From Atractiella rhizophila (lineage: Eukaryota): a stretch of 33,289 nt of DNA. The notes beneath the pieces are model-generated. The model saw only the letters and a list, made by a program, of their open reading frames with translations. It searched no databases and was not told where the DNA came from. Below, piece by piece: positions 10,107 through 19,300 of the stretch; positions within the stretch are counted from its first letter, which is position 1, and the number at the start of each line of letters is the position of its first letter. The stretch is from positions 1 to 33,289 of the forward strand of contig MU271673.1 in assembly GCA_021432655.1 (NCBI GenBank), in the 5' to 3' direction. The position numbers were made by a program, and so were the translations under genes.

Positions 10107-13059
10107 GCTTCAGCTGAAGCTCTGTCGCCAGGGCAAGGGCGTAATAGCGCGGTTTCCTTTCATAATTGCTCCTTCCATTGAAACTCCCCACCCACACGCT
10201 CGCCACAAAAGTCAGAACAAGCTGACGATTCAGGCTAATTCCGTTCTGTTTGGAATTGCAGATGGTCTGAAATCTGGCCCAGGCAACGGAATGAACCAAG
10301 TGTCACTAAAGCATTGCGAATAAAGCATTGCGATTTTGGTTTCATTCTGTTACAAAATCTGGCACCAGGTGTCGCGGAAGGACAAACAACTCTAATCATG
10401 AACGGTGCTGTTGTCCCAGGCAATCTTGGAACAGCAACTTTCCCCGTCTGGTCTGATAGTAGAAGCCCCAAGCCCCGTGACGATCACCAAGAAAAAGTGC
10501 TGAATGTGAACACCTCCTGTCGAGAAGGTACTCTGAACAAACGGAACGTAGCTGAAGAATATGGCGAGGGAAAGGCAACCAGCATGGCAGGAAAGAGGAA
10601 CAAATTCGACGTTGTCGATCGGCCAACAGGCGGTTGCTGAACAACGGATAGTCGACGTGTGCGCGTTGTGAGTATAGGTTACCGGTCCAGCGTTGAGCTG
10701 GGTACACAGTGACAAGGAAATATGCACCCCATTGAGTTATCACTAACTAGTGTGAAAAAGTAGATCGCTTGAGCACGATTCGTTGCTTCTGCATACAGTT
10801 CGGGCTCCACGTCAACGCCCTCACTAGTCAAAAAGCCAGTAACATATCCAGAATCTAAGGAGTTGTTCGCGCTAAGCCAGCCAGATCTTCAAGAAAGGTA
10901 TGCCCTTTCGAACGAATCCGAAATAGAAGGCAAAAGCCACTCACAAAACTACACTGATATTATTTCGTTCTTCACTCTCCCATCTTCGTCAAGCTTGCCT
11001 CATAACTTCCAACGTTGGAAGCAAATTAAGTCCATAAATCTTAGTTTTGGGAGATCCAGATGTTCCCCCACGGCCGCCGTCTTTTGTTGCCAAACCTAAT
11101 CGAAAAACACAAGCGCACACTGAATTTCAAGCATCCTGATTGGACCAGCTGATAAGAGCTGACGTGGAAACAAAAGAAGTTTAGATAACGAATTTTGATT
11201 TACAGTTGCGGGTGTTTTCGGACAGATCCCGAAGCGCAGAGCAGCCTCTTAAGAAAGGAGGAGTTGAAAAATAAAGAGCCTCATTGGGTCGATTCATCAT
11301 TGCACCATCGAATTCCCATTCCATAAAGCCAACATCTCAACACACTCTCACCAGCTTTCGCAGCTATCACTCCCAGAAAGAAGCAAGTCAAGGCGTAAGC
11401 GAAGGAACTGGGGAAGGGGAGTGATCGAATTATCGAAGAGTGATCGAAAGCGTTTAAAAACTTATAGAAACAACATAAGAACATGGAAGGTGAGTCTCTG
11501 CTTTCAGATTGGTAAAGGGAACGAAAGGAGCGGCTTATTGATGGGTTGTTTCATTCGGAAACGCAACACAAAACAGATGAGCCTCATGCGCACAATGTCC
11601 TCCGTGATTCTGCCTCCACCGGTCTCCCTGCCGCGCAGGGACTCTACGATCCAGCGCTAGAGAAGGATTCGTGCGGTGTCGGATTCATAGCGCACATCCG
11701 CGGTCAGCCCTCTCACCACCTCGTCACTTCTGCTCGTTCCCTACTATGCAACATGACCCATCGCGGGGCCACCGGAGCGGATACCAGGGACGGAGATGGC
11801 GCTGGAGTGATGGTTGGGATTCCGGATGAGTTCTTCAGAAAAGAAGCGGGAGAAATTGAACCACTTAACGCCACTGAAGAAGGAACGGCAGGTGGCAAAG
11901 TCGTATTGCCGAAAGAAGGAGAGTATGCGGTTGGGAACGTCTTCTTCAAGCGTGGGGACGAGAAAAGATTGAGGGAGGAAAAATCACTATTTGAGAAGAC
12001 CGCAAAAGAACTCGGTCTAAAGGTTCTGGGATGGAGGGAAGTGCCAAAGGACAATTCTATCCTTGGCCCGGCGAGCACGAGCAGAGAACCAGTCATATTG
12101 CAACCGTTCGTCGTTAACGAAGAATACCGAATGGAACAAGGAATAGAGTACAAGCGCACGCCACTTGGTTCAGCCACCCGCATGAATTCTGAGCGCTTCC
12201 GCTCCCCTCGTCTTCCATCTCGCGGCTCTGGCCTCGTCTCCAGAGACTCTTCTCAGTCTAGCATGAACAGGAGAAGCATGGCAACCGAGCTCGTCGATAG
12301 GTTGAGCAGCTTCAATATACCTCCTGCTCTTGGTGGCGATCCAATAATGAAGGAGGAAGAAGAAGAAGAGGGTGGCTTCGATGAGAAGCGGTTCGAGAGG
12401 CAGTTGTACGTGCTGAGAAAGAGGGTCACGCATTTGATTGGAGGCTTGAGCAAGGGGTTTTATATCTGCTCCCTGAGTAATAAGAATTTGGTTTATAAGG
12501 GTCAGTTGACGCCTAGTCAGGTGTATAACTACTACCACGACCTGTAAGTTCTTTCCGGTTACGTTAGCTATGGAACAACACTGATGCGAGTACAATGGGA
12601 TAGCAACCATGTCCTGTTCAAATCCCACTTCGTTCTAGTACACTCTAGGTTTTCTACAAACACCTTCCCGTCATGGGAAAGAGCACAACCCATGAGATGG
12701 GCAGCACACAACGGTACGCATTCTCGTTACATCTTCTAATCTTCTCGGTCGATTAAACGAATGCAAATAGGTGAAATCAACACGATCAGGGGTAACAAGA
12801 ACTGGATGACCGCTCGAGAGGGTATCCTAAAGTCGACTCGATTTGATGCGGATCTAGAATCCCTCTATCCCGTCGTCGAACCAGGAGGATCGGATTCGGC
12901 CTCGTTCGATAACGTGCTGGAGCTCCTCGTCATCAATGGAGTGCTCACGCTCCCAGAAGCCGTGATGATGATGATACCGGAAGCCTGGCAGAACAATCCG
13001 CTGATGGAACCGGAGAAGAGGGCTTGGTACAGCTGGGCCGCTTGTCTTATGGAGCCTTG
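9788..13059. repeat. Copy 1 of ~3.26-kb direct tandem duplication (tannase 5' end + divergent intergenic region + GLT1 5' end)
   Basis: Begins CACTAGTTGGGTCAGTGAAG (9788) and ends TTATGGAGCCTTG (13059). Aligns along its length to 13061-16317, with offset 3273, then 3255, then 3258 after indels. Confidence 0.97.
11139..11188 (+). promoter_or_regulatory. Candidate GLT1 upstream element cluster (copy 1): reverse CCAAT, two GATAA sites, TGACGT
   Basis: ATTGG 11139-11143, GATAAG 11151-11156, TGACGT 11160-11165 and GATAA 11184-11188 lie within 50 bp, about 300 bp upstream of the GLT1 ATG. Paired GATAA sites fit nitrogen GATA-factor control. Short motifs, function untested. Confidence 0.4.
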
Positions 13060-13060
13060 A
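11483..13060 (+). pseudogene. GLT1: 3'-truncated duplicate of glutamate synthase: intact 457-aa spliced ORF covering most of the class II glutamine amidotransferase domain
   Basis: Exons 11483-11489, 11577-12543, 12604-12713, 12771-13060. MEDEPH...KDSCGVGF...HRGA...[12 protein letters not shown]...HNGEINT...ACLMEP* ends at TGA 13058-13060 at the duplication junction, where the full copy reads TGG (MEPWDGPA). Confidence 0.88.
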
Positions 13061-13448
13061 CACTAGTTGGGTCAGTGAAGGTGGTCCCAGCAGGATAATC
13101 TTGCGCTACATGACTGGTCAAATTGGGAAGGAGGAGCGGAGCGAGTTGAAAAAGCGAGGAACAGGAATGGCTGGAGTTCAAGAGTTTCATGTTGGAGAGA
13201 AACACTGCTTGGGACATCGCAATCCTACTCTGGCCTTTAAGGCATGCTTCAAAACCTTGGGAAAGCTCTTTCCAGCCGGGAAATCTATCTCCTCTGTTAG
13301 TCTGAGGCAGCGCGAGGGGATTGGAGGTGGAGACGGCTGGTGCGGACAGGAAGAATTCAAGCTTAGAAACTTCATGCTTCAGCTTGAAGCTCTGTCGCCA
13401 GGGCATGGACCTAATGGCGCGGCTTCCTTTCATAATTGCTCCTTCCAT
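13047..13448 (-). pseudogene. Truncated duplicate of the tannase 5' exons
   Basis: Encodes ...DRFPGWKELSQGFEACLKG...QDYPAGTTFTDPT as in 9790-10030. It is cut 3 nt into an intron (donor GTGAGT becomes GTGTCA) and runs into antisense GLT1 sequence, stop TAA at 13047-13049. Confidence 0.8.
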
Positions 13449-16317
13449 TGAAACGCCCCACCCACACGCTCGCCACAAAAAGTCAGAACAACTGACGATT
13501 CAGGCTAATTCCGTTCTGTTTGGAATTGCAGATGGTCTGAAATCCGGCCCAGGCAACTGAATGAACCAATTGTCACTAAAACATTGCGATTTTGGTTTCA
13601 TTCTGTTACAAAATCTGACACAACGTTGTTGCGGGAGGACAAGCAACTAATCAGGGACGGTTGCTGTTGTCCCTGGCAATCTTGGAAAGGCAGCTTTCCT
13701 CCTCTGGTCTAAGAGTAGAAGTCCCAAGCCCGTAACGATCGCCAAGAAAAAGCGCTGAATGTGAACACCTCCTGTCAAGAAGGTACTCAGAACAAATGGA
13801 ATGTAGCTGAAGAATATGGCGAGGGAAAGGCAACCAGCATGGCAGGAAAGAGGAACAAATTCGACGTTGTCGATCGGCCAACAGGCGGTTGCTGAACAAC
13901 GGATAGTCGACGTGTGCGCGTTGTGAGTATAGGTTACCGGTCCAGCGTTGAGCTGGGTACACAGTGACAAGGAAATATGCACCCCATTGAGTTATCACTA
14001 ACTAGTGTGAAAAAGTAGATCGCTTGAGCACGATTCGTTGCTTCTGCATACAGTTCGGGCTCCACGTCAACGCCCTCACTAGTCAAAAAGCCAGTAACAT
14101 ATCCAGAATCTAAGGAGTTGTTCGCGCTAAGCCAGCCAGATCTTCAAGAAAGGTATGCCCTTTCGAACGAATCCGAAATAGAAGGCAAAAGCCACTCACA
14201 AAACTACACTGATATTATTTCGTTCTTCACTCTCCCATCTTCGTCAAGCTTGCCTCATAACTTCCAACGTTGGAAGCAAATTAAGTCCATAAATCTTAGT
14301 TTTGGGAGATCCAGATGTTCCCCCACGGCCGCCGTCTTTTGTTGCCAAACCTAATCGAAAAACACAAGCGCACACTGAATTTCAAGCATCCTGATTGGAC
14401 CAGCTGATAAGAGCTGACGTGGAAACAAAAGAAGTTTAGATAACGAATTTTGATTTACAGTTGCGGGTGTTTTCGGACAGATCCCGAAGCGCAGAGCAGC
14501 CTCTTAAGAAAGGAGGAGTTGAAAAATAAAGAGCCTCATTGGGTCGATTCATCATTGCACCATCGAATTCCCATTCCATAAAGCCAACATCTCAACACAC
14601 TCTCACCAGCTTTCGCAGCTATCACTCCCAGAAAGAAGCAAGTCAAGGCGTTAGCGAAGGAACTGGGGAAGGGGAGTGATCGAATTATCGAAGAGTGATC
14701 GAAAGCGTTTAAAAACCTACAGAAACAACATAAGAACATGGAAGGTGAGTCTCTGCTTTCAGGTTGGTAAAGGGAACGAAAGGAGCAGCTTATTGATGGG
14801 TTGTTTCATTCGGAAACGCAACACAAAACAGATGAGCCTCATGCGCACAATGTCCTCCGTGATCCTGCCTCCACCGGTCTCCCTGCCGCGCAGGGACTCT
14901 ACGATCCAGCGCTAGAGAAGGATTCGTGCGGTGTCGGATTCATAGCGCACATCCGCGGTCAGCCCTCTCACCACCTCGTCACTTCTGCTCGTTCCCTACT
15001 ATGCAACATGACCCATCGCGGGGCCACCGGAGCGGATACCAGGGACGGAGATGGCGCTGGAGTGATGGTTGGGATTCCGGATGAGTTCTTCAGAAAAGAA
15101 GCGGGAGAAATTGAACCACTTAACGCCACTGAAGAAGGAACGGCAGGTGGCAAAGTCGTATTGCCGAAAGAAGGAGAGTATGCGGTTGGGAACGTCTTCT
15201 TCAAGCGTGGGGACGAGAAAAGATTGAGGGAGGAAAAATCACTATTTGAGAAGACCGCAAAAGAACTCGGTCTAAAGGTTCTGGGATGGAGGGAAGTGCC
15301 AAAGGACAACTCTATCCTTGGCCCGGCGAGCACGAGCAGAGAACCAGTCATATTGCAACCGTTCGTCGTTAACGAAGAATACCGAATGGAACAAGGAATA
15401 GAGTACAAGCGCACGCCACTTGGTTCAGCCACCCGCATGAATTCTGAGCGCTTCCGCTCCCCTCGTCTTCCATCTCGCGGCTCTGGCCTCGTCTCCAGAG
15501 ACTCTTCTCAGTCGAGCATGAACAGGAGAAGCATGGCAACCGAGCTCGTCGATAGGTTGAGCAGCTTCAATATACCTCCTGCTCTTGGTGGCGACCCAAT
15601 AATGAAAGAGGAAGAAGAAGAAGAGGGTGGCTTCGATGAGAAGCGGTTCGAGAGGCAGTTGTACGTGCTGAGAAAAAGGGTCACGCATTTGATTGGAGGC
15701 TTGAGCAAGGGGTTTTATATCTGCTCACTGAGTAATAAGAATTTGGTTTATAAGGGTCAGTTGACGCCTAGTCAGGTGTATAACTACTACCACGACCTGT
15801 AAGTTCTTTCCTCCGGTTACGTTAGCTATGAAACAACACTGATGCGAGTACAATGGAATAGCAACCATGTCCTGTTCAAATCCCACTTCGTTCTAGTACA
15901 CTCTAGGTTTTCTACAAACACCTTCCCGTCGTGGGAAAGAGCACAACCCATGAGATGGGCAGCACACAACGGTACGCATTCTCGTTACATCTTCTAATCT
16001 TCTCGGTCGATTAAACGAATGCAAATAGGTGAAATCAACACGATCAGGGGTAACAAGAACTGGATGACCGCTCGAGAGGGTATCCTAAAGTCGACTCGAT
16101 TTGATGCGGATCTAGAATCCCTCTATCCCGTCGTCGAACCAGGAGGATCGGATTCGGCCTCGTTCGATAACGTGCTGGAGCTCCTCGTCATCAATGGAGT
16201 GCTCACGCTCCCAGAAGCCGTGATGATGATGATACCGGAAGCCTGGCAGAACAATCCGCTGATGGAACCGGAGAAGAGGGCTTGGTACAGCTGGGCCGCT
16301 TGTCTTATGGAGCCTTG
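13061..16317. repeat. Copy 2 of the ~3.26-kb direct tandem duplication
   Basis: Starts CACTAGTTGG at 13061 and continues seamlessly into full-length GLT1 after 16317. Confidence 0.97.
14394..14443 (+). promoter_or_regulatory. Candidate GLT1 upstream element cluster (copy 2), identical to 11139-11188
   Basis: Same ATTGG / GATAAG / TGACGT / GATAA arrangement upstream of ATG 14738. Confidence 0.4.
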
Positions 16318-19300
16318 GGACGGACCGGCCCTATTCGCTTTCTCTGATGGACGGTTCTGTGGTGCAAATCTTGATAGGAATGGTCTGCGACCTTGCCGAT
16401 GGGTCCTCACTAAGGACGACATCATGATTTGCGCTAGTGAGGTGGGGACCGTCTATATCGAGCCGGAGAACGTGAAGCGCAAAGGGAGGTTGCAGCCTGG
16501 AAAGATGCTGTTGGTCGATACGCAAGAGGGAAAGATAGTCAGCGACAGAGAACTCAAGTTGGGAGCGGCGATCAAGAGGGACTTTAGAGATTGGTTGGAG
16601 AGAGAGATGTTCGGGTTGGAAGAGGTGGTTCAGACTGTGAAGGAGAAGAAGGGAGAGAAGAGCCTCCAGCCTGTTCTTAATGACAGTAGCCTGGCTAAGG
16701 ATCAGAGAGTCCTTGCCTTCGGCTACACCTTCGAACAATTTGACCTCCTCCTGGCGCCCATGGTGAACGAAGCAAAGGTGAGTCAACAGATTTATTATTT
16801 GAGGTGGAAAGAGGAACTGATCGTATGGTGGGAATGGAAAGGAACCTCTCGGGTCGATGGGCAACGACGCACCTCTAGCTTGCATGGCCACTCTCCCACG
16901 TATGATCTACGACTATTTCTGTCAGCTCTTTGCCCAAGTGACGAATCCTCCAATCGATCCCATCCGAGAATCGATCGTCATGTCCCTCGAATGCTATGTT
17001 GGTCCTGAGGGAAACCTTCTCGAGATGGACCCATCCCAATGCCACAAACTCCGCCTCGCTTCCCCCGTCCTATCCGTGCAGGAAATGAACGCGGTCAAGG
17101 ATATAGAGCGGGCGAAGAAGGGTTGGAGGTCGAAGGTGATTGATATCACTTTTGGGAAGAGCGAGGGACTCGATGGATATCTCAAGTGTCTGGAGAGGGT
17201 ACAGAAGGAGTCAAGTGAAGCCATCGATGCAGGATTCAGGATCGTGGTGCTCAGTGATAGGGAGACGGGAGAGCAGAGAGTGCCCATCTCTGCCCTTATC
17301 GCATGTGGTGGTGTGCATCATCACCTGATCAAAGAGAAGAAGCGGTCGAAGGTCGCACTGTTTATAGAGACCGGGGAGGCCAGAGAAGTGCACCATCTAA
17401 ACGTTCTTCTCGGATACGGAGCGGATGCTGTTTGCCCTTGGCTGATCATGGAGAGCTTACTCAAGATCAAGAGGGAAGGTCTCCTGAAAAAGGAGATGTC
17501 AGACCAGGAACTCATCGAGGCTTACCAGCATGCCAGTGATAATGGAATCCTTAAGGTCATGAGCAAGATGGGAATTTCTACTCTTCAAAGTTATAAAGGC
17601 GCCCAAATTTTCGAAGCTCTTGGTCTCGATACATCAGTTGTTGATAGGTGCTTCGTTGGTGCGTTTTCAACTGCCCTCATCTAGAATTACTACTGATGCC
17701 CTGAGATAGGAACTGCGACGAGAATTAAAGGTACCACCTTTGAGCTCCTTGCCATGGACGCTTTCGAGTTCCACGAGCGCGGGTACCCTTCGCGAGAGAC
17801 GATTATCCCTCCTGGTCTCCCCGAATCTGGTGAATATCACTGGCGAAACGGAGGCGAAGCGCACATCAACGACCCTCACGGAATCGCCAACATGCAAGAC
17901 GCTGTGCGAGAAAAGAACCAGCGAGCATGGGACATGTATTCCACCAACATGCAAGAGCAGGTCGAGCGCGTCACCCTCCGCGGCCTACTCGACTTCGATT
18001 ACGAAAGGGCTCAGTCCATCCCTATCGAACAAGTTGAGCCGTGGCACGAAATTGCGAAGAGGTTCGTCACTGGTGCAATGAGCTATGGTTCCATCAGCAT
18101 GGAAGCCCACTCCACACTAGCGCTTGCTATGAACCAGATCGGAGGAAAGAGTAATACGGGAGAAGGGGGAGAAGACGCCGAGCGGTCAAACCCTCTCGCA
18201 GATGGGAGGAGTGCACGATCGGCCATCAAGCAGGTAGCGTGTAAGTCTAACTCGTGCGCATTCCGGATTGGTCTTTGATGATGCAACAGCTGGACGATTC
18301 GGTGTCACTTCCAACTACCTTGCCGACTCTGATGAACTTCAAATCAAGATGGCACAAGGAGCGAAGCCTGGAGAGGGAGGAGAACTCCCTGGGCACAAGG
18401 TTTCCAAGTCTATCGCTCGTACTCGTCACTCGACTGCCGGAGTCGGCCTTATATCTCCTCCGTTCGTTCCCTTCTCATCAAAGTTGAATCATGTTCTGAC
18501 CATCACCTAGGCCACACCACGACATTTACAGTATCGAAGATCTCAAGCAGTTAATCTACGATCTAAAATGCTCAAATCCTCGCGCTCGCGTTTCCGTCAA
18601 GCTGGTGTCGGAAGTAGGAGTCGGCATTGTCGCTTCCGGTGTTGCAAAGGCAAAAGCAGACCACATCCTCATTTCTGGTCACGATGGCGGGACTGGAGCC
18701 GCCAGATGGACCAGTATTAGGCATGCTGGTCTACCCTGGGAGCTGGGGTTGTCAGAGACCCATCAAACCCTTGTTTTGAATGACTTACGAGGCAGGGTTA
18801 CAGTACAGACCGATGGACAGCTCAGGACTGGAAGGGACGTTGCGATGGCTTGTTTGCTCGGAGCGGAAGAGTGGGGTTTTGCTACCACTCCTTTGATTGC
18901 TATGGGCTGCATCATGGTACGCTTCTTTGTTCTCTTAAAGACGTACATTGATGAGATACTAGATGAGAAAATGTGTACGTTTTTGGTCTGCGATGTACCG
19001 CTCTGATCCTTTGACAGCATCTCAACACTTGTCCCGTTGGTATTGCTACACAAGACCCTGAGCTCCGAGCCAAGTTTCAAGGACAACCAGAACATGTCAT
19101 TAACTTCTGTACGTCACCCACTGGTCAGAAAATTTCCCCTCTGAGATATTGCGAATAGTTTATTACCTCACAGAAGAGTTACGAGGCATTATGGCTCAAC
19201 TCGGTTTCCGGACCATCAACGAAATGGTTGGACACACTGAGTTCCTCAAGGTTGACGAGTCAAAGCGAAATCGGAAGACGATGAACCTCGATCTCTCGAA

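Noticed and set aside
11006..11021. Perfect 16-bp palindrome CTTCCAACGTTGGAAG (also 14261-14276)
   Set aside because: About 0.5 such palindromes are expected by chance in 33 kb; the second occurrence is just the duplication.
9788..16317. RIP-like mutation of the duplicate
   Set aside because: Differences include many transversions and indels with no one-directional C-to-T bias, and long stretches are identical.
9788..16317. Transposon or LTR origin of the long direct repeats
   Set aside because: The units are host gene sequence joined directly; no transposase, RT, terminal repeats or target-site duplication seen.
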